Below are positions 27,283 through 36,348 of a stretch of DNA of 64,000 nucleotides, one piece after another; positions within the stretch are counted from its first letter, which is position 1, and each line of letters starts with the position of its first letter. The DNA lies in the NCBI GenBank assembly GCA_964475855.1, contig CAYZAV010000001.1, positions 49,060 through 113,059 on the forward strand, in the 5' to 3' direction. The notes beneath the pieces are model-generated. The model searched no databases, was not told where the DNA came from, and saw only the letters and a program-made list of their open reading frames with translations. This DNA comes from an uncultured Candidatus Saccharibacteria bacterium (GTDB lineage: Bacteria; Patescibacteriota; Minisyncoccia; Minisyncoccales; Staskawiczbacteraceae). The position numbers and the translations under genes are program-made.

Positions 27283-27387
27283 CTTATTACTCCCTTGCTG
27301 TGTAAAACCTTTTTGTTTCTGTCCATCAGAAAAAAATTGATTTTACTTAATATTAAGGTATCAAAAATAGGTGAATACGTCAAATTG

Positions 27388-28665
27388 CTATCGCTCACCC
27401 AAGGTCGCTTCTATATCTATTTCTTTTCCATCCCGCACCACCTTCAGCATTATCGTATCTCCCGGATTATACTGCTGAATTATACCCGCCATGGAACGTT
27501 GCTGACTAATGCGCTGACCGCCAATTTCTAAAATGACATCTTTTTCTTTAATACCTGCTTTTTCGGCGGCGCTGCCCTTAGTGATAGCCACTTCGCCATT
27601 ATCCCCCTTTATTACCAACGCGCCGTAATCAACCGCCAAACCATATTTTTTCTGTATTTTTTCGTCTACCAACACATATCGTACCCCCAAAAACGGATAT
27701 ACGATTTTATTTGTTTTGATAATCTGCGCCAAATCTTTTTTTGCCAAATTAATGGGAATAGCAAAGCCGATACTTTGCGCGCCCTGGGCCATGGCAGTGT
27801 TAACACCAATTACTTCCCCACGTAAATTCAAAAGCGGCCCGCCCGAGTTTCCCGCATTAATAGCCGCATCCGTTTGGATGATATTTTCCAATGTTTCTGA
27901 AAAAGTGCTCCCCTGACTGGAAGCGCTGACCGTCCGGCCAAGGCCGGAAACCACTCCCACCGAAACCGTATTGGAAAATTGCCCCAGAGCATTACCAATG
28001 GCAATGGCGCCTTGGCCGATTTGGATACCATCGGAATCTCCCATGGCAATGGCCGAAAATGTTTGTCCCTCTTTGGCATTTTTTATTTTTATGACGGCGA
28101 TATCAGAAACAGGGTCCAGCGCCACCACCGCCGTTTCATATTTTTTCCCGTCAGAAGTAATGGCCACATAATCAGCCTTGGTATCTGAAACCACATGTTT
28201 ATTAGTCAAAATGAGCCCATCTTGTGAAACAATAAAACCCGATCCCGCGCCTACTTCCTGGTATTTAGTGCCTTTTTGCACCTGCTCTGGAACTAAAAAT
28301 TCAAAGGGCGAATCTTCTCCAAATGGATTGATAAGCTGTTGCTCATACACGGGCAAATTTTTGGAAATAATAATACTGACCACGGAAGGCGAAGCCGTTT
28401 TTACCGAATCAATAATGGCCTGTTCATAAGAAAGGCGTGAAACATATTCGGTAGACGCTGTGGATTGGGGCTCTGTTTGTGTAATTTCTTGCGTCGCGAG
28501 CCTGAATACATCAGCAATGGATCGCAAAGAAATGGTATGAAAATAAAAACTAAATACTATTACCACGATAGTGGCAAAGAGCAGAGCCAACAGAACATGG
28601 TTTTTGAGTAACTGCTCAAACCCCCGACTGATAGTTTTATGATTAATGGGATCCAGCTTATACAT
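27388..28665 (-). CDS. HtrA/DegP-family serine protease with PDZ domain
   Basis: N-terminal TM. Catalytic blocks HVV, D, and GNSGGPLLN. C-terminal PDZ-like region. 425 aa. Confidence 0.9.
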   Translation of the reverse strand: MYKLDPINHKTISRGFEQLLKNHVLLALLFATIVVIVFSFYFHTISLRSIADVFRLATQEITQTEPQSTASTEYVSRLSYEQAIIDSVKTASPSVVSIIISKNLPVYEQQLINPFGEDSPFEFLVPEQVQKGTKYQEVGAGSGFIVSQDGLILTNKHVVSDTKADYVAITSDGKKYETAVVALDPVSDIAVIKIKNAKEGQTFSAIAMGDSDGIQIGQGAIAIGNALGQFSNTVSVGVVSGLGRTVSASSQGSTFSETLENIIQTDAAINAGNSGGPLLNLRGEVIGVNTAMAQGAQSIGFAIPINLAKKDLAQIIKTNKIVYPFLGVRYVLVDEKIQKKYGLAVDYGALVIKGDNGEVAITKGSAAEKAGIKEKDVILEIGGQRISQQRSMAGIIQQYNPGDTIMLKVVRDGKEIDIEATLGER

Positions 28666-28673
28666 ATCTTTTG

Positions 28674-29357
28674 TTATCTTATTTTTTCTTTGCGGTTAAA
28701 CTCAACTAACATATTGAAAATTTTCAACCACATTTTCGGACTTTTCAAAAATTTGCTGCCCTGCAAGCCACCTCCTCGTTTTAAATTTGGGATAGGGACC
28801 TCGGCAATCCTGAATTTATTTTTTATGGCGTTGATATTCATTTCTGTTTCTATTTCAAAATCATTGCTTTTTAAATTAAGCCTGTCCCAATCGCGGCGGC
28901 GGATGGCGCGAAATCCGGCTAGCGGATCAGCCACCTGCAAGTGTAGGACATGGGAAATAGGATAGGCAATCATGGAATAAAGTTGGAAAACCCGGCGCAT
29001 TTTCGGCTCTTCGCCTTCCATTTGCGACAAGTTACGACAACCAAGTACCAAATCAGCCGTTTGCAGTTTTTTGAGTAATTTAGGAATAAACGCTGCCGGG
29101 TCGGTGCCATCACCATCCATAAAAACCAATATATCGCCGCGGCTTTCTGCTACGCCCTGGCGCATTTGAAGCCCTTTGCCTTTTTTCCTGGCCCTGATAA
29201 CCTTGGCTCCCAAAGCCGTCGCAATTTTGGGAGTCATGTCATCAGAAGCGTCAACCAAAATCACCTCGGCATCTTTTTTGATTTCTTCCGGGATAGAGCA
29301 AATGGTCTTAGCAATACCCTCTTCTTCGTTTAAGGTTGGAATAATAATACTGATCAT
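28674..29357 (-). CDS. family 2 glycosyltransferase (DPM1-like)
   Basis: IIIPTLNEEE...VILVDASDD...FMDGDG (DxD) motifs. 227 aa. Confidence 0.85.
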   Translation of the reverse strand: MISIIIPTLNEEEGIAKTICSIPEEIKKDAEVILVDASDDMTPKIATALGAKVIRARKKGKGLQMRQGVAESRGDILVFMDGDGTDPAAFIPKLLKKLQTADLVLGCRNLSQMEGEEPKMRRVFQLYSMIAYPISHVLHLQVADPLAGFRAIRRRDWDRLNLKSNDFEIETEMNINAIKNKFRIAEVPIPNLKRGGGLQGSKFLKSPKMWLKIFNMLVEFNRKEKIR

Positions 29358-30055
29358 TTTTTATAATGGTTAAATTTATACTTAAATATGTTCGATCGTA
29401 CAGGACCGATAAAAATCATGTGCATTTCGCATAAAAAATATTTCACCCCGGTTGTCCACCAACCATCTTTTTTAAATCGCCGGTCCGACATTAAAATGTT
29501 GGTACTGCGAATAATTCCAAATTTCCCATATTTTACCGCCCGGCGCGCCAGATCATGATCTTCTGCCAGGGTAATCGTTTCATCATACCCCACTAATTTT
29601 TCAAACAGTTTTTTTTTCACTAAAATGCCCACTGCCGAATGTGGCAGAATTTTTTCCCAGAATATAATCATGCCATTGTAAAAAGCATCCAACACAAGGT
29701 TTCCCATCGTGTTATGTGGAACCAGATAGAGGCAAAAACTGGCAATATCCAACCGGCGTCGGCCGAATTCTTCCATTGATTTTTTCAAAAACCCTTCAGA
29801 TAAAATGGTGTCGGCATCCAGAAAAAATAATATCTCGCCCCTGGCCGCCATTGCACCATTATTTCTCCCTTTGGCCGGCAGACCTCCTGACACTACCTGG
29901 CATCCATAGGTTTTTGCAATTTGGACCGTGGAATCTTTAGAACCCGCATCAGCCACAATAATTTCTTGGTCCAAAAAACCCTGCTTTTTTATCGACTTAA
30001 GCAGCCTTGGTAAATATTCTTCTTCGTTAAGCGTAGGTATGATAATACTTAGCAT
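29354..30055 (-). CDS. family 2 glycosyltransferase
   Basis: IIIPTLNEEEYL...IIVADAGSKD...FLDADT (DxD). 4-nt overlap with the downstream GT2. Confidence 0.85.
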   Translation of the reverse strand: MLSIIIPTLNEEEYLPRLLKSIKKQGFLDQEIIVADAGSKDSTVQIAKTYGCQVVSGGLPAKGRNNGAMAARGEILFFLDADTILSEGFLKKSMEEFGRRRLDIASFCLYLVPHNTMGNLVLDAFYNGMIIFWEKILPHSAVGILVKKKLFEKLVGYDETITLAEDHDLARRAVKYGKFGIIRSTNILMSDRRFKKDGWWTTGVKYFLCEMHMIFIGPVRSNIFKYKFNHYKK

Positions 30056-30065
30056 GCTGTTACTA

Positions 30066-31070
30066 TCAATCAGTAAATATTTTTTTTGCTTCGTTCCAGA
30101 TTTCAGGCTTGCCCTGCCCTTCTTTCAACCAATACATCCACTCTACGCCCCAAAGATAAAACTCGTCAAATCCTGACTGCTTTGCGTAAGCGATGTTCTT
30201 TTGAAATTGACGTATATCCATAGTCTTTTCCTGCTCACCAATTGAAGTGGCATAACCGACATCACGCAACCAGGGTTCGACCTGGAGTTCCACATTAATC
30301 ACTTTTTTACCGAACAGATGCTTAACCAGCTCCGACTTTATCCAGTAACTTGCCGGCGGCAACGGAAAATCCATATAAAACCCAATACTATCTGTAATAT
30401 GCACCCAGGATTTCCGATACATGGTCGTTCCGACTATATCCCCGATCTTTGCCGCCTGCCACCAGAGCGACTGTTCGCCCGAATCGGAAATAATAACCGG
30501 GCGTGTGGCATCCAGCGATTTAATGAGCGCAACTTCCACTTTTAAAAATTCCTTGTCGTACCAGGGACATTCGCCAAAGTTAAATAATGGCTCATTTTCC
30601 GCCTGCCAGGCAACAATAGCTGTACTTTTTTTATAACGCTTTACCACTTCAGCGATATAGTACAAAATTTCCTCTTGCTGATCTTCTTTTGAAAGCGTAG
30701 TTGCCCACCCTGGCACGTGACATTCGGGCCACCTGCCTGTTTTCATACCGAGCGTATAGATCAATTCCACCCCATGGCTTTTTGCTTGCTCGATTTGCCA
30801 ATCATTATCTTTGAAATAAAATTCATCGCGAGCGCCTTCAACCCAATCCCATTGCGCCAATAATTTAATGTGTTTTACCCCTAAATCCTCCATCAGCGCC
30901 AAATACATTTTTTTCCAATCAAGTCCTAAATTCTCGGCATACATTTGGGAAAAATTAGCGCCCCAAACAATGTCTTGGCGCACCGGCGCTTTGACGGTAA
31001 AAGAAAAAATAATCATTCCCAAAAAAATACTGGCAAGGGCGCAAAGGAATATGCTAAATACCTTTTTCAT
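30066..31070 (-). CDS. membrane-anchored TIM-barrel glycoside hydrolase (GH5-like; NEP acid/base motif)
   Basis: N-terminal TM. WQAENEP catalytic-acid-like motif. Paralogous (~60 percent identical) to the interrupted gene at 45540..46601. Confidence 0.6.
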   Translation of the reverse strand: MKKVFSIFLCALASIFLGMIIFSFTVKAPVRQDIVWGANFSQMYAENLGLDWKKMYLALMEDLGVKHIKLLAQWDWVEGARDEFYFKDNDWQIEQAKSHGVELIYTLGMKTGRWPECHVPGWATTLSKEDQQEEILYYIAEVVKRYKKSTAIVAWQAENEPLFNFGECPWYDKEFLKVEVALIKSLDATRPVIISDSGEQSLWWQAAKIGDIVGTTMYRKSWVHITDSIGFYMDFPLPPASYWIKSELVKHLFGKKVINVELQVEPWLRDVGYATSIGEQEKTMDIRQFQKNIAYAKQSGFDEFYLWGVEWMYWLKEGQGKPEIWNEAKKIFTD

Positions 31071-32400
31071 ACTGCTGATTGTTAATGAGTGCCGGTCGGT
31101 TTTTTGACCCGCTCTTGCTACGGATAATATTTTCTATATTATACGCCCCCATTTTTTCAATTTCTACAAAACCCTGCATAGCCATTTCGGCAAATTCTCC
31201 GCTTTCCAGCAAATCAAAAATCCATTCATGGGTATATTTTGGATTTTCCTGCAATGTAGCTGCGCCAATATGCATTAACCACCGGCGGTTAAAATCCTCT
31301 TGTGAACCGATGGAAGGTTCAATAATAATGGGAATACCAAGTCCCGCATAAAAAGAAAGTTCAGAAGGCTTGGTCATCAAAATATCCGTGGTGCGAAGCG
31401 CCTTATTAAACGCCGCGAAATATTCGTTCATATCGCTTCCTGACAACACTTGCATCCATTCGCCCAATGCCCATGATTTGGTTTTTTCTACAAAATAAGC
31501 CCGCAATTCTTCGCGCATGCCAACCGAAATAATAACCCGGATTTTTTTGGCTTTAATGACATCTTTCAGGCTGGTCACCACTGCCAAAGCAATTTCCTTC
31601 TGGGCTCCCGCCCCGCCAATGGAAAACATGATGGTTAGCGGATGGTCGGGAAGTTTTGGCAATTCACCCAGATAGCTTTTTACCAACGGACTATATAGCC
31701 GTCGGTACTTTCCTTGAGGATCCAAGTTCAGTAAACGGTAGCGTAAATCCCGCTTTACCGTTTCCATGTCGGGCCCACCGATATTTTCTTTTGGTAACGG
31801 AAAGCCGGTCAAAATAATATTTTCGGGCTTGATGCCATAAAGCTTGAGCCGGTCGCGCGACCAACTACATGAAGCCAAGTAGATTATCCTGCTGTTTTTT
31901 GAATCAAGGGGTACCCAAGAACGGGAAATATCAGCATCGCAAATGACACAATAAATATCGCCGGGATAATTAAACTCCTCGGCCATGAATGCCGGCGTAA
32001 AAAAAGTGGTAACCAGTGGCAGTGGATTTTTGGCAAGCCTTTCAACCAAATCACTCCCCCAGCCCTTACGGATGAGATAAAAAATATTTTTACCGCTGAA
32101 GTTTGATTTTGAAAGGTCGCGTTTTGGATAGTAGCCCAAAATTTTCTGAAAACGGTCCAAGAACAAAAATAACGCCACGCCCACGATGGGGATGCTCCGG
32201 AACCGAGAAATAAATTCGTACAAAGATTTGGTAGTATGCCAAAAACGCCGGTCTTTTTCAGAAATGCCTTCGTAATTGTTGGCATTGATGACCCGGCGGT
32301 CAACTGAAAGATCGCGCAAAGGATAGGCTGTCCGCTGGTGGCCGTAACCCATGTCAGCGGCAATAATCCAAGCTTTTTTTTTAGATGCGTGATTGTCCAT
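31054..32400 (-). CDS. GT-B glycosyltransferase, MGDG-synthase/GT28-like
   Basis: N-terminal AWIIAADMGYGHQRTAYPL resembles the UgtP/MurG G-loop. C-terminal domain with a GIPIIIEP nucleotide-sugar site. Start set at the ATG at 32400 (MDNH). Confidence 0.5.
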   Translation of the reverse strand: MDNHASKKKAWIIAADMGYGHQRTAYPLRDLSVDRRVINANNYEGISEKDRRFWHTTKSLYEFISRFRSIPIVGVALFLFLDRFQKILGYYPKRDLSKSNFSGKNIFYLIRKGWGSDLVERLAKNPLPLVTTFFTPAFMAEEFNYPGDIYCVICDADISRSWVPLDSKNSRIIYLASCSWSRDRLKLYGIKPENIILTGFPLPKENIGGPDMETVKRDLRYRLLNLDPQGKYRRLYSPLVKSYLGELPKLPDHPLTIMFSIGGAGAQKEIALAVVTSLKDVIKAKKIRVIISVGMREELRAYFVEKTKSWALGEWMQVLSGSDMNEYFAAFNKALRTTDILMTKPSELSFYAGLGIPIIIEPSIGSQEDFNRRWLMHIGAATLQENPKYTHEWIFDLLESGEFAEMAMQGFVEIEKMGAYNIENIIRSKSGSKNRPALINNQQYEKGI

Positions 32401-32423
32401 AATTAACTTATTATACATTATTT

Positions 32424-33917
32424 TCAATATCCAAGAAACCCGGGTTTTAACCATCTTGAGGCATACTTGATCAGGCAAGCGGCAGCTATATAATAGACAG
32501 CCAGCCAAATCAAAGGTACGTGTTCAAAAGGTACCGCCGCCCACGGACCATAAAAAATATCCATAACAACCATAAAATACCGTAACAATATCCAAGCAGG
32601 CATGGAAAAGACTAATCCCAAAAACGAAGAACCCATGCCCACCACGGCCGCCAAAAATCCGAATATCATAATAAAATCAATAATGGGTATTACGAGTAAA
32701 TTAGTAATGGGTGCTACGAGCGACATATTTTTAAAGTAATAAGCAACGACTGGCAGGGTGAAAATTTGAGCTGACAATGTAACCGAAACAATGCCCAGAA
32801 AATAACTAGCCTGATTTTTTTCAAAAAAACTAAAGAGGCGGTCAAAAAACGGTTTCAGGTAAATAATACCCATGGAAGCCAGGAAAGAAAGCTGAAAACC
32901 CACATCATAGCGCAATAAAAACGGGTTACAAAAAAGCATTACCGTTGCCGTCAATACAATCAAGCGCGACGTGGTATTTTGCCTACCCAGTTTTTGTGCC
33001 AACAAAAAAACGGTTGCCATAATCCCAGCTCGTATTCCCGAAGCCGGAAACGCAGCAATGGCAATATAGAGCCAAATAAAAAATACCGACCCATAAAATG
33101 CCTGCGAACGCCAAAGGCCCATGCCCAGTAAAACCACCATTAAAATATTGCTCAAAATGAGCACATTGGATCCCGAAACCGCCGTCAGATGGTTTAGCCC
33201 CGTAGCGCTGAATTTATCTTTCAACTCTTTTGGCATATTAGTGGTCCCGCCCAACATAATGCCTTCGACAATGGCGCTTTCCGGCGGCGGAAATTGCAGG
33301 TAAATGGATTGGCGGAGCGCACGCTTAATAGAAAGTATTTTTGCGTATAACCACTGCCCTGGTGTTGATGGGCTTTCATGCGAAAGCAGTTTGATAGTTG
33401 GAAAATCCATGATCGAATAAATTCCATCTTTCATCAGATAATTTTTGTAATTAAACTCTTCGGTCACTTCTGGCGTTTTCAGTTTTCCGATAAGTTCTAT
33501 GCGGTCAAGGTATTCATATTCCGGATAACGGCCGGCCGTAACCAAGACGACGCTCTTTGTACCATCAACCCGCACACTTAACTTTTGTGATGTTTCCCGG
33601 ATATCGGAAGCATCAATCAATTGTCCGATAAGGGTTAATTTTTCGGGGCTATCGTTGAAACGGCTTACCGTATCCCCCATAACAGCATATTGGGAAATTT
33701 GAAGGCGAGAAATTCCAATCACCAACAACAGTAAACAGAAACCGGTTGTGCGAAGCAACCATGGTTTTGTAAAAAAAGAAGCGGCAATACCTGCCGCCGC
33801 CAAAACTATTATTCCCCAAATAATAACCTCTGGAATAACTACAAACGATTGAAGCGCAACCCCCATCACAAAAGAAATGCAAAAGAAAAAAAGTGATTTT
33901 GAGGGGGTTATCAACAT
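32424..33917 (-). CDS. comEC: ComEC/Rec2-family DNA internalisation channel protein
   Basis: N-terminal DUF4131-like region plus a competence domain (GLNHLTAVSGSNVLIL, polytopic). Confidence 0.8.
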   Translation of the reverse strand: MLITPSKSLFFFCISFVMGVALQSFVVIPEVIIWGIIVLAAAGIAASFFTKPWLLRTTGFCLLLLVIGISRLQISQYAVMGDTVSRFNDSPEKLTLIGQLIDASDIRETSQKLSVRVDGTKSVVLVTAGRYPEYEYLDRIELIGKLKTPEVTEEFNYKNYLMKDGIYSIMDFPTIKLLSHESPSTPGQWLYAKILSIKRALRQSIYLQFPPPESAIVEGIMLGGTTNMPKELKDKFSATGLNHLTAVSGSNVLILSNILMVVLLGMGLWRSQAFYGSVFFIWLYIAIAAFPASGIRAGIMATVFLLAQKLGRQNTTSRLIVLTATVMLFCNPFLLRYDVGFQLSFLASMGIIYLKPFFDRLFSFFEKNQASYFLGIVSVTLSAQIFTLPVVAYYFKNMSLVAPITNLLVIPIIDFIMIFGFLAAVVGMGSSFLGLVFSMPAWILLRYFMVVMDIFYGPWAAVPFEHVPLIWLAVYYIAAACLIKYASRWLKPGFLGY

Positions 33918-34300
33918 TACGAGGCAATTATGGCAGCCCTTTTCTCGCGAATTTCTTGCCGCATAATGTTCAGTTGTTCCGTTATTGCCTGTCGGGCTTC
34001 AGGCGTCAATAATGGGTCAAGTGCAATTTTGTCTTCCAGAATCTGGAATTTAGCAATCATAACATTGACCCGTTTCATATTTTCTTGCTTGCTACTGCTA
34101 TAGGGAACCTGTAAATCCGCCTGTATGTCGTGTATTGTTTCATCAAACACCTTAAGGTCACGCTGAGTTGGTGCATCCGGATCAAAAACTTTCTTAACTC
34201 CACCATCTCCAAAATCCACATCAATATCAGCTTTTATAAGATCATCAGCGCCATCATCCATTATTGGCTCAAAATTATCGTGGCTACTTTTTTCCCCCAT
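33917..34300 (-). CDS. acidic hypothetical protein (127 aa) downstream of ftsZ
   Basis: ORF with 1-nt overlap to comEC. Coiled-coil C-terminus. A possible division-associated protein, but no family recognised. Confidence 0.45.
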   Translation of the reverse strand: MGEKSSHDNFEPIMDDGADDLIKADIDVDFGDGGVKKVFDPDAPTQRDLKVFDETIHDIQADLQVPYSSSKQENMKRVNVMIAKFQILEDKIALDPLLTPEARQAITEQLNIMRQEIREKRAAIIAS

Positions 34301-34316
34301 ATTTTTAAAGAATAAA

Positions 34317-35237
34317 TTATAAATGCGTCGCTATTACCGTTATTTTTATTTCCCCTTTTTTTAACGTATTGTCTTTTACGGCCCCAAAAATAATCTGGGC
34401 TTTCGGGTCAACGTTAGCCGTAATCACCTTGGCTGCTTCCTGGATTTCGTTAAGCGTAATATCGACCCCGGAAGCATTAAATAAAATACCTTTTGACCCT
34501 TTGATGGAAAAATCTAGCAAAGGCGAGTTGATGGCCTGGGTTGCTGCCGCCACAGCGCGCTGCTCGCCAACCGCCTTTCCCGTACCAAACAATGCCCGAC
34601 CGGAATTTTTCATGATAGAAACAACAGAAGCAAAATCAATACTAATGATACCCGGCGATAAAATCAAATCGGTCACGCCCTGCACCGCCTGTTTCAAAGT
34701 GTCATCGCAAATTTCAAAGGCATTGGAAACCGTAGTTTTTTCATCAATCACTTTCAACAGTTTATCGTTGGAAATAACCAGCAGCGAATCCACCCGACTT
34801 TTCAATTCATCAATGGCCTTTTTGGCAATCGTGCTACGCTGTTCACCCTCGAAAGAGAATGGCATAGTCACCGCCGCCACCGTCAAAATGCCTAAATTTT
34901 TAGCAACCTCTGCAATCATGGGAGCCGCGCCACTGCCCGTTCCCCCGCCTAATCCACAGGTAATAAAAACCATATCAGTACCCTTAAGCACCTCTTCCAA
35001 TTCTTTTTTATTTTCTTCGGCCGCCAATTTCCCTTGACTGGCTTCCATACCGGCACCAAGACCTTTTGTCACATTCTTCCCGATCAATATTTTGTGCGGA
35101 ACTTTACAAAAATGTAACGCCTGGGCATCAGTATTTACTGCTATCAAATCCACTCCCTGGACCTCGAATTTGGCAATTCTGGCAACCGTATTGGAGCCTG
35201 ACCCACCCACCCCGATCACTTTTATCTTGGGTAACAT
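34317..35237 (-). CDS. ftsZ: cell division GTPase FtsZ (short, lacks C-terminal tail)
   Basis: GGGTGSG tubulin signature. IKVIGVGGSGSN. T7 loop region. 306 aa. Confidence 0.9.
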   Translation of the reverse strand: MLPKIKVIGVGGSGSNTVARIAKFEVQGVDLIAVNTDAQALHFCKVPHKILIGKNVTKGLGAGMEASQGKLAAEENKKELEEVLKGTDMVFITCGLGGGTGSGAAPMIAEVAKNLGILTVAAVTMPFSFEGEQRSTIAKKAIDELKSRVDSLLVISNDKLLKVIDEKTTVSNAFEICDDTLKQAVQGVTDLILSPGIISIDFASVVSIMKNSGRALFGTGKAVGEQRAVAAATQAINSPLLDFSIKGSKGILFNASGVDITLNEIQEAAKVITANVDPKAQIIFGAVKDNTLKKGEIKITVIATHL

Positions 35238-35247
35238 GGCTTATTAA

Positions 35248-35279
35248 CGAATTTACGAATATATTTCGAATTTACGAAT
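35248..35279. repeat. left terminal inverted repeat: CGAATTTACGAAT-atattt-CGAATTTACGAAT
   Basis: Perfect reverse complement of the 13-bp units at 36313..36344. Overlaps the last codons and stop of the GxxExxY gene. Lies 10 nt from the ftsZ start codon. Confidence 0.6.
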
Positions 35280-35667
35280 CAAAGTTTACTATCCTTTTAT
35301 ATTTAAGTTCATGCTGGCCAAAGTTCGCCAAAATTCCCAATTTAAGATTGTATGTTTTCAAATAAGTCATAACCTGCTCAATATTGCTTCTTGAAAACCT
35401 ATCTCCCTTTTTAATTTCCAGCACTACCTTTCCATCTACCAAGAAATCTAAAAAATAACTTCCTACGTTTTTATTTTCAAACATCAGTGGAGTATAAACC
35501 TGCTCCTTAAACACCAAACCATGTTTTTGAAATCCGACAGACAATGCTCTTTGGTATACCTTTTCATGGTGTCCTGACCCAATTTGATTATGCACTTCAA
35601 AAAGAATTCCCACAATCCGATAACTTAATTCAGGATATACTAAATCGCTACGCTTTGGTAGTTGCAT
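35272..35667 (-). CDS. GxxExxY-family protein (PD-(D/E)xK nuclease superfamily, TIGR04256-like)
   Basis: YPELSYRIVGILFEVHNQIGSGHHEKVYQRAL contains the G-x-x-E-x-x-Y signature (GHHEKVY). Start taken at MQLPKRS. Confidence 0.7.
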   Translation of the reverse strand: MQLPKRSDLVYPELSYRIVGILFEVHNQIGSGHHEKVYQRALSVGFQKHGLVFKEQVYTPLMFENKNVGSYFLDFLVDGKVVLEIKKGDRFSRSNIEQVMTYLKTYNLKLGILANFGQHELKYKRIVNFDS

Positions 35668-35669
35668 AA

Positions 35670-36275
35670 CTAAATTACATCTATTTTTTCGCCTAAAAAC
35701 TCTACTGCGCACCCATCATTCAATCTAATAACTCCATGACTATGTTTCTCTTCCCATGCATCTATAATTACTCTTTCTTTCCTTTGGTAGTGTGGCGTTA
35801 TTACCTTATCAATAAAATTTAATCCGGTGGTATCTTTTAAGTTGACATCATTCGAGTCAAATGATTCTGCAATAGAAATATCAGGACACGCAATAATGCT
35901 GCCGGCACTGACACCAACATACACCTTCCCGTTATTTACAAAATCAATAATTTTTTTGTCAAAACCAGTTTTCCTGACCTCACTCATCAAGTAAAATGTA
36001 TTGCCTCCGCAAACATATATGGCATCGTAATCAGCAATATCGGCATCTTCCAACTTACCAACCCATACAATATTTTCTCTTGGTATTCCTAAATCAATTA
36101 ATTCTTTCTCTGATACATAAACATACGACATTTCATGTTCTGTTTGCGATGCGGTAGGCACAAAGAGAACTCTGATCATCTCTGGATTTTTGCCAACTAA
36201 TTCTAAAAACCGCTTTCCAATATTGGGGCTAGCGAATCCATTTGATGTTAAAAGCAGTTTTTTCATGATTTCCAT
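35670..36275 (-). CDS. peptidase S51 (peptidase E / cyanophycinase-like) family protein
   Basis: VGVSAGSIIA serine-nucleophile motif and class I glutamine amidotransferase-like fold. 201 aa. Confidence 0.65.
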   Translation of the reverse strand: MEIMKKLLLTSNGFASPNIGKRFLELVGKNPEMIRVLFVPTASQTEHEMSYVYVSEKELIDLGIPRENIVWVGKLEDADIADYDAIYVCGGNTFYLMSEVRKTGFDKKIIDFVNNGKVYVGVSAGSIIACPDISIAESFDSNDVNLKDTTGLNFIDKVITPHYQRKERVIIDAWEEKHSHGVIRLNDGCAVEFLGEKIDVI

Positions 36276-36312
36276 TTTACCAAAAAACCGTCATTCAAAC
36301 GATTCTTTACAT

Positions 36313-36344
36313 ATTCGTAAATTCGCACCATATTCGTAAATTCG
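36313..36344. repeat. right terminal inverted repeat: ATTCGTAAATTCG-caccat-ATTCGTAAATTCG
   Basis: See the left repeat. Lies 5 nt after the ftsA stop codon. Confidence 0.6.
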
Positions 36345-36348
36345 TTGA

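Larger units (their letters stand above)
35248..36344. mobile_element. inverted-repeat-bounded two-gene insertion cassette between ftsA and ftsZ (no transposase)
   Basis: ftsA and ftsZ are normally adjacent. Here 1.1 kb carrying a peptidase S51-like gene and a GxxExxY-family gene is bracketed by tandem 13-bp inverted repeats. Confidence 0.45.

Noticed and set aside
35248-36344. Classical IS element or transposon between ftsA and ftsZ
   Set aside because: Inverted repeats are present, but neither cargo gene is a transposase, integrase or recombinase. Called a repeat-bounded cassette instead.
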